64,000 nucleotides of DNA from Candidatus Aminicenantes bacterium. GTDB taxonomy: Bacteria; Acidobacteriota; Aminicenantia; Aminicenantales; Saccharicenantaceae. The position numbers were made by a program, and so were the translations under genes. The stretch is taken from assembly GCA_963784525.1 (NCBI GenBank), contig CAWART010000001.1:192767-256766 (forward strand), read 5' to 3'. Of this stretch, positions 35,993 through 46,559 are shown piece after piece. The notes below the pieces were generated by a model. The model did no database searches, was not told the origin of the DNA, and saw only the letters and a list, made by a program, of their open reading frames with translations. Every line of letters begins with the position of its first letter. Position 1 is the first letter of the stretch.

Positions 35993-37387
35993 CTAGGGCG
36001 TTGCCAGAAGCGCGGCGAGAGCATTCAACAGCCCGGCGCCGGTCGCATCCGCCTCCCAGCAGAATTCCACATAGGCGCCCGAGGGCTGCCGGACGCTGAG
36101 ACATCCGGGGGCCATGGGGACGGCGCTGGTTTCCAGGATGCCTTCAGCCTGGGCCGCCGTCAGCGCGGAATATTTCTGCGCCATCAGCGCCACGGTTCCC
36201 GCCACATGGGGGCTGGCCATGGATGTGCCGCCCAGGAAGTAATAGCTTGTTTTGCCCATCGTGTACTGGTAGGGACCGACGATCCATGTGCCGGGCGCGG
36301 CAATGTCGAGATCCTGGCCGGTCTTGGCGCGGCTCGAGAAATCCGCGATATAGAAATCGGCCGCATTCGTCGGATCGGCCACGTCCCGGTTCCACCACCA
36401 GTTGCCGACTCCGGCGGGCCATTCGCCGACCCAGCCCGAAGCCGCCACGGAAATGACCGGCGCGTAGGCGCCGGGATAACCCATTCCGGCCGAGCCGCGA
36501 TTGCCGGCCGAGGCGACGATGATCACGCCCTGCTCGATCGCATAATCGATCGCCGCCTGCTCCACCTCGTCCAGGGCCGGGCCGCCCAGGCTCATGTTGA
36601 TGACCACGGGGAAGCCGGCCAACGGACCGGCTTTGAGATCGCCCACATACTCGATACCGCGGGCGATGACCGAGGACCACCCGGAGCCGGTCTGGTTGAG
36701 GACCTTGACGGGGATGATCTTGGCCATGGGCGCCACGCCGTTGAACGGCGAGCCGGCGAGATCATAGCCCAGGATCGTGCTGGTCACATGGGTCCCATGC
36801 GAATTGACGTCCAAGCCCCACTTCTTCGGCTGGGACGATACGGTGCCCATGTCGCCGCCGCCGCCCCCGAAGCACCGGGCGTATTCCACGGCGATGCGTT
36901 CCTCCGGGAAATACTGGCGCCAGGTGCTCACGAGGCCGGTATCGAGGACCGCCACATAGACGCCGGCGCCGTCATAGGCGACCTGACGATTGTCCAAGCC
37001 CGGCTCCGTAACGTTGATGGCGTCCAGATTCCAGGTGTTGCGGCCGTTCGCGAAATTCGTCGCGGCGACCGTGTCTATGGGCGAACCGGTGCGTTCGGCG
37101 TCCGGATTCGCCGCCGCTACGTAGGGCAGGGCTTGAATGGCCGGCAGACGGTCGGCCCTGGCCTGCAGGGTCAGGGCATTGACCTGGAGCAGGACGTCAC
37201 GCACCCTGCCGAAATTCCCCAGCTCGGCGAGGATCGCCCCGGTGGCCCGCGTGTTCAGAAGAACGTTGATCCCGATGGTGCCTTTGGCTAGCGACGCGGC
37301 CGAACCCGCGTCGATGTCGGGCGGGACGAGCGAGCCGGCGGCCAATACGACGACCGCCAATCCGGGGATAAGGATTCTCTTGGTCAC
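35993..37387 (-). CDS. Secreted S8-family serine peptidase (subtilisin-like)
   Basis: Catalytic triad blocks VAVLDTGL, HGTHVTSTI and GTSMASPHVAG. Signal peptide MTKRILIPGLAVVVLAAGS. Confidence 0.9.
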   Translation of the reverse strand: MTKRILIPGLAVVVLAAGSLVPPDIDAGSAASLAKGTIGINVLLNTRATGAILAELGNFGRVRDVLLQVNALTLQARADRLPAIQALPYVAAANPDAERTGSPIDTVAATNFANGRNTWNLDAINVTEPGLDNRQVAYDGAGVYVAVLDTGLVSTWRQYFPEERIAVEYARCFGGGGGDMGTVSSQPKKWGLDVNSHGTHVTSTILGYDLAGSPFNGVAPMAKIIPVKVLNQTGSGWSSVIARGIEYVGDLKAGPLAGFPVVINMSLGGPALDEVEQAAIDYAIEQGVIIVASAGNRGSAGMGYPGAYAPVISVAASGWVGEWPAGVGNWWWNRDVADPTNAADFYIADFSSRAKTGQDLDIAAPGTWIVGPYQYTMGKTSYYFLGGTSMASPHVAGTVALMAQKYSALTAAQAEGILETSAVPMAPGCLSVRQPSGAYVEFCWEADATGAGLLNALAALLATP

Positions 37388-37643
37388 GATACACCTCCCT
37401 CTCAGGAATGAGAAATATTGAAGGGAAAGGAGACTCGCCCCCGATCACGCCCGGATGGGGGTAAAACTCGCGCCGCGATTCCCTCCCGCTTCCTTCCTAA
37501 AAAAAGCTTATGCCTGTGCCCGACGGATGTCAAGGTAGGACGCGCGCCCCCGGGAGCCGCCTTTTTCCCGGGACAGGGATTGTGATAAGCTTTCCTTTCG
37601 GACCCCGGGTCGGACCCGGCGGCATGACGGAAAGGAGCGTGCG

Positions 37644-38372
37644 GTGATCGAGATTCGGAACGTCTCCAAGAGCTACAACAAGGGCAGGATCAAGGCCGTC
37701 GACGGCCTCGATCTCACCGTTCGGGCCGGAGAGATCTTCGGATTCCTCGGGCCGAACGGGGCGGGGAAGACGACGACCATCAAGATGATCGTCGGCCTGC
37801 TCAGGCCGGATTCCGGCTCGATCGGGCTCAACGGGCATGATACGGCCCGCGATTCCCTGAAATGCAAGTCCTTCACAACCTACGTCCCTGATTATCCCGC
37901 GGTCTATGAGCGGCTGACCGGGCTCGAATACCTGAACTTCATCGGGGACGCGTACGGTGTCCCCAGGAGGGAACGGCTCGAGAGGATCGAAAGATGGCTC
38001 GAGATCTTCGAGCTCCGGCAGGCCGTGACGAACCCCATCCAGAGCTATTCCCACGGGATGAAGCAGAAGATCGTCCTGACCGCGGCCATCCTGCCCGCTC
38101 CGGAGGTCATGATCCTCGACGAGCCCCTGGTCGGCCTCGACCCGAGGGCCGCGCACCACCTCAAGGAGTTCATGCGCGAGCATTGCGACCGGGGGAAAAC
38201 GCTCTTCTTCTCGACGCACGTCATGGAGGTGGCCGAGAAGCTCTGCGACCGGATCGGGATCATCGCCAAGGGCAGGCTCATCGCCTGCGGGACGATGGAG
38301 GAGCTCAAGAAGATCGACCGGGAAGCGGGCCCATCCCTCGAGAACATCTTTCTGGAGCTGACCGACACGTGA
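37644..38372 (+). CDS. ABC transporter ATP-binding protein (ABC-2 type)
   Basis: Walker A GPNGAGKTT, signature YSHGMKQK, Walker B VMILDEP. GTG start behind AAAGGAG. Confidence 0.88.
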   Translation: MIEIRNVSKSYNKGRIKAVDGLDLTVRAGEIFGFLGPNGAGKTTTIKMIVGLLRPDSGSIGLNGHDTARDSLKCKSFTTYVPDYPAVYERLTGLEYLNFIGDAYGVPRRERLERIERWLEIFELRQAVTNPIQSYSHGMKQKIVLTAAILPAPEVMILDEPLVGLDPRAAHHLKEFMREHCDRGKTLFFSTHVMEVAEKLCDRIGIIAKGRLIACGTMEELKKIDREAGPSLENIFLELTDT

Positions 38373-40054
38373 GCCGCCTCGCCTCCCTCCTCCGGGCCGG
38401 GCTGAGGTCCAACTTCGGCCTGTCGATCGCGCTCCACCGGTTGTTCGTCGAAAAGAAGGACCGCTGGTACGTCCCGCTCTTCGGGCTGGCCGCCCTCGGC
38501 ATCCTCCCGACGCTCTACGGTTATGTCCTGTTGATCCGGTCCCTGTACGGATTTCTCCAGCCCCTCGGCCAGGAGCGGGCCCTGCTGGCCTTCGGCATCC
38601 TCTTCGGACAGTTCCTCGTCCTGCTGTTCGGGTTCTACTACGTGGTCGCCGCGTTCTATTTCTCCCGGGACCTGGACATGCTCATCCCCCTCCCGTTCCG
38701 GCCGGTCGAGGTCATGCTCTCGAAGTTCGCGGTCATCCTCGTCAACGAATATCTGACCATGATGCCCCTCATCCTGCCCCTCCTCGTCGTCTACGGGGTG
38801 CTGGCGAAAGCCCGCTTCTCCTATTGGGCGGGAGCGGTCGCGGTCTACGTCCTTCTGCCCGTCATCCCCCTGGCGATCGTTTCGATCCTGGTCGTCGGGA
38901 TGATGCGGTTGGTCAACCTGAGCCGGAAGAAGGACGTCATGATCGTCGTCGGCAGCATCGTCCTGATCGTCGCCGCGATGGGGCTCCAGTTCATGGTCGG
39001 GGAGATCCGCGGGCCGGGGGATGGGACCGGAAGCCGTCGCGGGCTTCTTCACCTCGCCGGACAACCTTCTCGTCCGCGTCGGCGCGGGCTTTCCCCCCTG
39101 CGTCTGGGCGACCAGGGCCCTTGCCGAAGGCGGGACGGCCTCCGGCCGGACGAGCCTCTTGGTGTTCGCGGCCGTGTCGTTCCTGTTCTTCTGGGGCATC
39201 GTGATCGCCGCCGACAAGCTCTTCTATCGCGGCCTGATCGGGATCGGCGAGATCTCGGGCCGCCGGAAGTCCCTTTCGCGAACGGAGATGTCCCGCCGCG
39301 TATCGTCCGGACGCCGGCCCGTCCAGGCCATTTTCCACGCGCGAGTGGCGGATCATGAACCGCACGCCGATCTTCCTCCTCAACGGGGTCCTGACGGCGG
39401 TCATCCTCCCGCTGATCTTCGTCGTCATGGCCAAGGTGGATCCGGGCAGGGGAGACCCCATGGTCTTCCTGAGATTTCTCATGTCGAAGACCTCGGTCTA
39501 CGTCATTCTGGGGGCGGCCGTTTTCATGATCATCAGCGGCTGTCTCAACGGGACGGCATCCTCCACTTTTTCGCGCGAGGGGGGCCAATTCTGGATGTCC
39601 AAGGTCATCCCGGTCACGCCCCGGGAGCAGGTCCTGGCCAAGTTCGCCCATTCCTATCTCATCGCCCTGCTGGGCATCGGAGCGGCTGCAACGGTCCTTG
39701 TCTTCGTGATGCACATCTCCGCTTCCGCCTGTCTCGCCGCCATCCTCCTCGCCTTGACGGCCGGGGTCGGCCTGACGGCCGTGGGCATGATCATCGACCT
39801 GGCCCGCCCGCTCCTCGACTGGATCAACCCGATGAAGGCCATCAAGCAGAACCTGAACGTGCTCATCGCCTTTTTCGCCGATATGGGCATCCTGGCGGCG
39901 GTCTGGGGCATCATGACGCTCCTCAGGAAGGCCGGGGTCGGGGGGAAGGTCTCTCATCGCGGCCGTCTTCATGGTCCTGGCCGTCATCTCGATCCTCTGT
40001 TTCCGGTTCCTGCTGGCCTTCGCGGATAGGCGTTATCGCGAGATCGAGGTCTGA
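38369..40054 (+). pseudogene. ABC-2/'putative ABC exporter'-type permease broken by three +1 frame shifts
   Basis: The GTG at 38369 overlaps the ATPase stop (GTGA). Hydrophobic, membrane-protein-like sequence continues through three frames: 38369 to about 39018, about 39021 to 39340, about 39343 to 39943, then to the stop at 40052-40054. The breaks are at G5 (39016-39020), GCGCG (39336-39345) and G6 (39940-39945). Confidence 0.75.
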
Positions 40055-40094
40055 CCTTCCGTCCCATTCCCCGGCAGGCGCGGCCGCGGATCCC

Positions 40095-40123
40095 TTGATT
40101 CCGGCCGCGAAAGAACCTATAAT
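40095..40123 (+). promoter_or_regulatory. Sigma70-like promoter TTGATT-17-TATAAT
   Basis: TTGATT at 40095-40100, a 17-nt spacer, perfect TATAAT at 40118-40123. The ATG of the hydrolase gene is at 40141. Confidence 0.55.
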
Positions 40124-40140
40124 CGTGCAAAGAGGGCACA

Positions 40141-41040
40141 ATGCCAAAGATAAGAACAAGGATGCTGTTCGCGGCGCTCGCGGCCGCCATCATCGCGGCG
40201 ACGACAGCCGCCGTCTATGGGGAGGACATTATGAGCGCAGCGGTCGAAAGACATACCTGTCGGTCCGCCGACGGCGTCGAGATAGTCTATTCCGCCGCCG
40301 GGGCCGGCGAACCGGCGCTCGTTTTCATTCACGGCGGGCTGGCCAACCGAAGCTTCTGGGACGCTCAGCTCAAGGCCTTCGCCGGAAAGCACCGGGTGAT
40401 CGCCCTGGACCTCGCTGGGCACGGCGAATCCGGGGCCGTGCGGCCCCACTGGGGATTCTCCGCGTTCGGGGCCGATGTCCGCGCCGTCGTCGAGGCGGAA
40501 AAGGCCGGACAGGTCATCCTTTTCGGAAACTCCCTCGGCGGGCCTATAGCCGTGGAAGCCGCCCTCCAGATGCCCGGGCGCGTCCTCGGCGTCGTCGGCG
40601 TCGATACGTTCCAATCCCTGGACTACGTCTATTCGGACGCCGAGGCCCTGGCGCGGGCCGAGCCCTTCCGCACGGATTTCGCGAACAGCGTGAAGGGGAT
40701 GACCCGCGCTCTGTTCCATCACGATGCCGATCCGGCCCTCGTGGCCGATACCGAACGGCGCATGGCCGGGTCATCGCCCGAGGCGATGTATGAGATGTTC
40801 AAGTCCCTGGGGGGGCATGACCAGGCCGCCGCGGCCCGCCGGCTCTCCGTTCCCCTGAGGGCCATCAACGGCGACCTTTACCCGATTGATGTCGCAGGCG
40901 TCCGGAAGGTCAAGGCCGATTTCGCGGCCGTGATCATGAAGCACATGGGTCACTACCCGATGCTCGAGCGCCCCGACGAGTTCAACCGGCATGTCGCCGC
41001 CGTCGTCGAGGAGCTTTCCCGCCCAGACCCGAAGCCCTGA
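40141..41040 (+). CDS. Secreted alpha/beta-fold hydrolase
   Basis: Signal peptide MPKIRTRMLFAALAAAIIAATTAAVYG. VFIHGG oxyanion region, LDLAGHGES, nucleophile elbow GNSLGG, C-terminal HMGHYPMLERPDEF. Confidence 0.8.
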   Translation: MPKIRTRMLFAALAAAIIAATTAAVYGEDIMSAAVERHTCRSADGVEIVYSAAGAGEPALVFIHGGLANRSFWDAQLKAFAGKHRVIALDLAGHGESGAVRPHWGFSAFGADVRAVVEAEKAGQVILFGNSLGGPIAVEAALQMPGRVLGVVGVDTFQSLDYVYSDAEALARAEPFRTDFANSVKGMTRALFHHDADPALVADTERRMAGSSPEAMYEMFKSLGGHDQAAAARRLSVPLRAINGDLYPIDVAGVRKVKADFAAVIMKHMGHYPMLERPDEFNRHVAAVVEELSRPDPKP

Positions 41041-41115
41041 AGAGCGGGACTGCGGCTCCCGACCCGGCTTGAAATACGGGCAAACCCTCCGGGGCTGTTG
41101 TATAATGGTGCTTTC

Positions 41116-42930
41116 ATGAAGACCGTAAGCAGGACCGGAATGAGCCCCGAGGTGACGACCCTCGCCCGTCTTTTCCTTCATGCCTGCCGGACCCACCGGA
41201 AGCCCGACCGGATGCTGGTCAAGAGGAACGGCGCGTGGCGGCGGCTCTCCTCGGAGGAGATCGAAACCTGCGTCCGGCGGCTGTCCCTCGGCCTCCGGGA
41301 CCTTGGCCTGAAGCCGGGGGACCGGGTCGCCCTTCTCTCCAGGAACAGGCCGGAATGGGTCGAAGTCGATTTCGCCGTCCTTTCGGCCGGCGGCGTGACG
41401 GTCCCCATCTACACATCTCTCCCCCCGGACCTGGTCCGCTACATCATCGACAACTCGGGTGCGAAGATCGTCGTTTGCGAGGATCCTGACCTGTGGAAAA
41501 AGCTCGAGTCCGTCCGGAGCGGACTTCCCTCGGTCGAGAACGTCGTCCTCCTCGAAGGGGAGGCGCCCGAAGGGACCCGGACCCTCGCCGACGTCCTGGA
41601 GAGGGGGCAGAGGCTCGAGGGAACCGAGCCCGGGCTGTTCGAGCGTTCCGCCGAGGCTGTCCGGTCCGAGGATCTGGCCTCCGTCATCTATACGTCGGGG
41701 ACGACCGGCCTTCCGAAGGGCGTGATGCTCAGCCACGGGAATTTCATCGCCAACATCAGGTCCCTGACCACCGTCATCGATTTCCGGAGCGGCGACACGG
41801 CCCTCTCGTTCCTCCCGTTATCGCATGTCCTTGAACGAACGGCCTCGTTCATATTCGTCCTCAGGGGCTCGACGATCGCCTTCGCCGAGAGCGTCGAGGC
41901 CATGGGCGCGAATCTCCTCGAGGTCCGGCCGACCATCGTCATCAGCGTGCCCCGGCTCTTTGAAAAGATCTACGCCCGGGTCATGGACCAGCTCCTGGCC
42001 GGGTCCCGCTTCAAAAGGGCGGCCTTCGTCTGGGCGCTGGGAACGGGGAAGCGGCATATGGCCAGGGTCCTCGCCCGGGAGGCGGTGCCGAAGGCGCTGG
42101 CCTTCAAACGGGGCCTGGCCCGGAGGCTCGTCTTCTCGAAGATCACCTCCCGGACGGGCGGCCGGATGCGGTTCTTCGTCTGCGGCGGGGCGCCCCTCTC
42201 CACGGACATCGTCGAGTTCTTCCGGGCCATGGGGCTCATCATTCTGCCCGGATACGGGCTGACGGAGACGTCGCCGGTGCTGTCCGGCAGCACGCTCGAC
42301 GACTTTCGGTTCGGCACGGTCGGCAAGGTCATCCCCGACGTCGAGATCCGCATCGCCGACGACGGCGAGATCCTGGCCCGCGGCCCCAACGTCATGATGG
42401 GGTACTACAGGAACGAGGACGCGACCCGCGAAGCTATGGCGGGAGGGTGGTTCCACACGGGCGACGTCGGCCGCCTGGACGAGGACGGATTCCTCACCAT
42501 CACCGACCGGAAGAAGGACATCATCGTGACCTCGGGCGGGAAGAACGTCGCCCCCCAGCCCATCGAAAGCCTCATCCAACTGAGCCCTTACGTCGCCAAC
42601 GTCGTGGTCGTGGGCAGCACCCGCAAGTTCATCTCGGCCCTGGTCGTTCCCGATTTCGATAAGCTCGAAAGCCGCGCCCGGGCGGAGGGCATCCCCTTCG
42701 CGGACCGGGCCGACCTCTGCCGGCGCCCCGAGACGGTCGATTTCCTCCTGGCCGAGGTCAACCGGGCGACGCCCGGGCTGGCCCCTTACGAGAGGGTCAA
42801 GAAGATCATCGTCCTGGACCGCGATTTCGAGATCGGGATGGGAGAGGTCACGCCCACGCTCAAGGTCCGAAGGAGCATCGTCGAGCAGAGATATGCCGAC
42901 CTCATCGATTCCCTGTACCGGGAGCGATGA
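41116..42930 (+). CDS. Long-chain fatty-acid--CoA ligase (AMP-forming acyl-CoA synthetase)
   Basis: AMP-binding motif IYTSGTTGLPKGVMLSHGN, GYGLTETS, TGDVGRLDEDGFLTITDRKKDIIV, GKNVAPQPIE. The ORF is also open from TTG 41098. Confidence 0.85.
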   Translation: MKTVSRTGMSPEVTTLARLFLHACRTHRKPDRMLVKRNGAWRRLSSEEIETCVRRLSLGLRDLGLKPGDRVALLSRNRPEWVEVDFAVLSAGGVTVPIYTSLPPDLVRYIIDNSGAKIVVCEDPDLWKKLESVRSGLPSVENVVLLEGEAPEGTRTLADVLERGQRLEGTEPGLFERSAEAVRSEDLASVIYTSGTTGLPKGVMLSHGNFIANIRSLTTVIDFRSGDTALSFLPLSHVLERTASFIFVLRGSTIAFAESVEAMGANLLEVRPTIVISVPRLFEKIYARVMDQLLAGSRFKRAAFVWALGTGKRHMARVLAREAVPKALAFKRGLARRLVFSKITSRTGGRMRFFVCGGAPLSTDIVEFFRAMGLIILPGYGLTETSPVLSGSTLDDFRFGTVGKVIPDVEIRIADDGEILARGPNVMMGYYRNEDATREAMAGGWFHTGDVGRLDEDGFLTITDRKKDIIVTSGGKNVAPQPIESLIQLSPYVANVVVVGSTRKFISALVVPDFDKLESRARAEGIPFADRADLCRRPETVDFLLAEVNRATPGLAPYERVKKIIVLDRDFEIGMGEVTPTLKVRRSIVEQRYADLIDSLYRER

Positions 42931-42967
42931 AGGCCCCGTCCCGGCATTCCCGGACCGCGACGCCTTC

Positions 42968-44047
42968 CTACTGATAGCGCGGCTTATGCTTTTTGACCTC
43001 TTTGACGAGGGTGGCGAACCGGCGCCCCGTGGCTTTTTCCTCCTGGCGGCGGGTCTTGGCGTCCCTCTTCAGCTCCAGGTGCCTCATCTCCCGGCGCAGT
43101 TTGCCGTAGCTGTCCAGCCGCCCGGCGTCCAGGGCCCCGGACTCGACCGCGGCGCGCACCGCGCAATCCGGCTCCCGTTCGTGGCGGCAGTCGGGGAACC
43201 GGCACCGGGCTGCGAGCCTCTCGATCTCTTCGAAGGTCCTGTCCAAGCCTGATTCATCCGCCCAGAGCTGGAGCTCGCGCATTCCGGGCGTATCGATGAG
43301 AAGGGCGCCCCCCGGAAGGCGGACGAGCTGGCGGGAGGAGGTGGTGTGCCGGCCGCGGCCCGCGGCCGCATCGCTCAGCGCGGCCGTCCGGAACTGCTCG
43401 GCGCCGAGCAGGCGGTTGGTCAGCGTCGACTTGCCCACGCCCGAGGAGCCCAGCAGGGCGATGGTCTTTCCCGGGGCGAGGTAGGGCTCGATCCCCGAGA
43501 GCCCGTCCGGGGTCAACGCGCTGACCGCGACGATGGGAACGCCCGCCGCGACCGCGGCGGCCGAGGCGACGAAGCTCTCGAGATCGGGGCGCAGGTCGGC
43601 CTTGTTGAGAACGATGACCGGCGCGGCGCGGCTCGTCCAGGCCGTGGCCAGGTACCGTTCGATCCGCCGGAGGTTGAAATCCCCGTCGAGACCGCTGACG
43701 AGGAACACGGTATCGACGTTGGCCGCGACGACCTGGGCCTCGGTGACCGCTCCCGCCGCTTTCCGGACGAAGGCGCTCCGGCGCGGCAGGACGGCTTCGA
43801 TGAGGGCTCCGCCGTCCCGGCCGGGCTTGACGGCCGTCCAATCGCCGACGGCCGGATAATCGGCCGGGACGAGCGCCCGATGGCGGAAACGGCCCGAAAC
43901 CTCGCCGGCGAACTCTCCTGCCTCCGAAATGAGCGTCGAGAGATCGCGGGATTGCTTGACGACGCGGGCCGGTTCGAGGCCGAGCCCGGCGAACGGGGCG
44001 AAGAACGCCTCGAACGGCTCGTCCCATCCATAATCATTCAAGCTCAT
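42968..44047 (-). CDS. rsgA: Ribosome small-subunit-dependent GTPase A
   Basis: Circularly permuted GTPase order: VLNKADL (G4), LLGSSGVGKSTLTNRLLG (G1), GRGRHTTSSRQLVRLPGGALLIDTPGMREL. Zinc knuckle CRFPDCRHEREPDCAV. Confidence 0.9.
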   Translation of the reverse strand: MSLNDYGWDEPFEAFFAPFAGLGLEPARVVKQSRDLSTLISEAGEFAGEVSGRFRHRALVPADYPAVGDWTAVKPGRDGGALIEAVLPRRSAFVRKAAGAVTEAQVVAANVDTVFLVSGLDGDFNLRRIERYLATAWTSRAAPVIVLNKADLRPDLESFVASAAAVAAGVPIVAVSALTPDGLSGIEPYLAPGKTIALLGSSGVGKSTLTNRLLGAEQFRTAALSDAAAGRGRHTTSSRQLVRLPGGALLIDTPGMRELQLWADESGLDRTFEEIERLAARCRFPDCRHEREPDCAVRAAVESGALDAGRLDSYGKLRREMRHLELKRDAKTRRQEEKATGRRFATLVKEVKKHKPRYQ

Positions 44048-44161
44048 GGCGCAGTCATTCCCTCCGACGTTGATCCGATCCGATGCGGGTCCACCCGGCT
44101 CCGGCGTTGCCCGGCGGCGGCCCCTCTTCGCCGGCCGCTCGCCCGCCCCGACGGCGCTCCC

Positions 44162-44413
44162 TTATGTGATCTTGAAGACCTTGTCGCCTTCCCGGACGTG
44201 CTCCTTGACCTTCAAGCCGGCCGAGACGCCCGCCTTCACCTCGGGAACCGTCCGGTGCTCCTGCTGAAGCGATTCCACCGTCTGGGTGACATCGCTCGTG
44301 TGCCCCTTGATGCGGATGGTCTCCCCGGCCTTCAGGACGCCCGCCGTGACCTCGATCACCGCGACGCCGATCTTGGGGAAGTAATGGGTGATGTGTCCGA
44401 TCTCTTCTTCCAT
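44162..44413 (-). CDS. Small beta-barrel protein, 'translation elongation factor-like' family (tentative)
   Basis: 83 aa. IGHITHYFPKIGVAVIEVTAGVLKAGETIRIKG...AGLKVKEHVREGDKVF resembles EF-Tu domain-2-like small proteins. Family assignment is from memory only. Confidence 0.45.
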   Translation of the reverse strand: MEEEIGHITHYFPKIGVAVIEVTAGVLKAGETIRIKGHTSDVTQTVESLQQEHRTVPEVKAGVSAGLKVKEHVREGDKVFKIT

Positions 44414-44505
44414 CGTCCCTCCTCGTCGCCCTCCGAGGGGTTCCAGCGCCCCCGATCGAATGATACGCGCGAAGGCGAGGGCGAGTCAATGCGCCCGCCC
44501 CGCCC

Positions 44506-46559
44506 TCAATCGGTCTTCAGGAACGAGTAGTCCTTCCCGTACCTCAGCATCTGCTCGACGTAGCCCTCGTCGTTGGTGATCCTGACGTCGATGATCTTCC
44601 CGTTCTCGACGACCGGCGTATAGACGGGATTGACGAAGCCGGCGTAGGGCGCCAGGTTCAGCTTGGCGTAGCGTTCGAGGACCTCTTGATGCAGAGGCCG
44701 ATCGATCTGAACGCCGTAGCCCTCGATCAGGCCGCGGGCGGCCTCATAGTCCCCCTCGCTCGTGATGCGCTGGACCTCGGCGAGGAGCTCGCCGTAGAGC
44801 CCGCGGAGCCTCTGATAATCGTTGATGACGAAGTAGGTCTTCCCGTCCTTCGTCTCCCGGGAGATGACGTTCCCGGCCCGGCCCTTCTCATAGACCCACT
44901 GGGAGACCATGGCCCGGCTCCGCATGTGGGCCTGCTCGACCGTCTTGCCGAGCTCGATGCGGGTGAGCTGGGTCATCAGGCCGTTGCGGATGTTGGCGTC
45001 ATATTCGGCCCTGGCCGCGTCCGGGTGGGGCAGAAGGCCGAGCTCGATCATCTTCGGGTCCGCGATATAGTAAAGGGCGAAGAGGTCGGCCCGCGCTTCC
45101 TCGATGGGCGAATGATAGTTCTTGAGCGACTCGGGGCCGACGCCGGGCATGAGCTGGCCCGATCCGTGCCCGAGGACCTCGTGCATGTCGGTGTGAATGT
45201 TCCCGGCCAGGGGGCCGTACGTCTTCGACCGCTCGAGGATCTCTTCGGACCAGGAGAATTCCTTCCCGAATCCCGACTTCAGGGAGGACTGGTCGTAGGC
45301 GTAGGTGATGTTCTCGAGGGTCACGGACTTGGATCCGTGGTCCTTCCGGATCCAGTTGGCGTTGGGCAGATTGATGCCGATCGGCGTCGAGGGATAGCAG
45401 TCCCCGCCCAGCATGGCCGCCGTGATGACCTTCGCCGAAACGCCCTTGACCTCCTTCTTCTTGAAGCGGGGGTCGACGGGCGAATTGTCCTCGAACCACT
45501 GGGCGTTCGCCGAGAGGGTGTCGGCGCGCTTGGTCGCGGCCACGTCCTTGAAATCGACGAGCGATTCCCAGCTGGCCTTCGTCCCCAGCGGGTCGTTGTA
45601 GACCTCGATGAAGCCGTTGACGAAATCGACCATCGAGCCGAGGTCCTCGACCCAGAGGATGTTGTAGGCGTCGAACTTCTCGAGGTCGCCGGTCCTGTAA
45701 TAGGCGATCAGGGCCTCGATGGTCCTCTTCTGCCGTTCGTTTTCGGCGACCCCGGCGGCTTTCTCCAGCCATTGGACGATCTTCGCGATGGCCGGTCCGT
45801 AAAGCCCGTCGACGGACGCGACCTCCTCGACCACCTTCCCGTCCTTCTTCACGACCCGGGAGTTCAGGCCATAGGACACGGGGGTGGGGTCCTTCGGGTC
45901 GGCGATGCCCTTGTAGTAGGCTTCGACCTCGGCCTGGGTGACGCCCTCGTAGAAGTTCACGGCCGAATTGAGGACCAGGTCCTTCGTCGAGTCCTGGGAG
46001 ACCTTCTTGGCGTCGACCGCCGGATCGAAGAGGACGGGCCTCAGGAAAGCAAGGAAGTCGTCGAGCGATCGCCCCGGAGAGAGGGGAAGCTCTCGTCCCC
46101 GGAGTCCCGGACCAGGGCCGCGAAATAGTCCGCGTCGAATCCCGGCATGATCTTGTCCGTGGAATAATGATGGTGGATGCCGTTGGAGAACCAGACCCTC
46201 TTGACGTAGGTCATGAATTCGTTCCAGCGCGGGTCCTGACGGTCCCCCTTGTAGCCCCGGACGATCGCGTCGAGGGTCCTGCGGATCCGGACGTTGTGTT
46301 TGTAGTTCTGGTCGAAGATGATATCGCGGCCGCTGAGGGCGGCCTCGCTCAGGTAATAGACCAGCTCTTTCTGCGTCGGCGTGAGGGCCTCGAATCCCGG
46401 GACCTGGTAACGGAGGATCTTCAGGTCCGCGAACTGGTCGATCTGCCAGGGGAATTCGGGAGCCTCGGCGGACGGCCCGGGCGCCGACTTCCGACAGCCG
46501 GCGACGAGGACCGTCACCGCGAAGCATAGGATAAGAAGCCAGGGGCTCTTGACGTTCAT
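44506..46559 (-). pseudogene. Dipeptidyl-peptidase III (M49) lipoprotein, interrupted by one frame shift
   Basis: Lipobox LLILCFAVTVLVAGC. Zinc motifs HEVLGHGSGQL and EEARADL are typical of bacterial M49. The N-terminal 170 codons (46041-46559/46577) and the rest (44506 to about 46090) are in different frames. The break is within 46070-46090 (C4/G4 runs). The start ATG 46559 lies 9 nt after GGAGG, and ATG 46565/46577 are also open. Confidence 0.8.
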
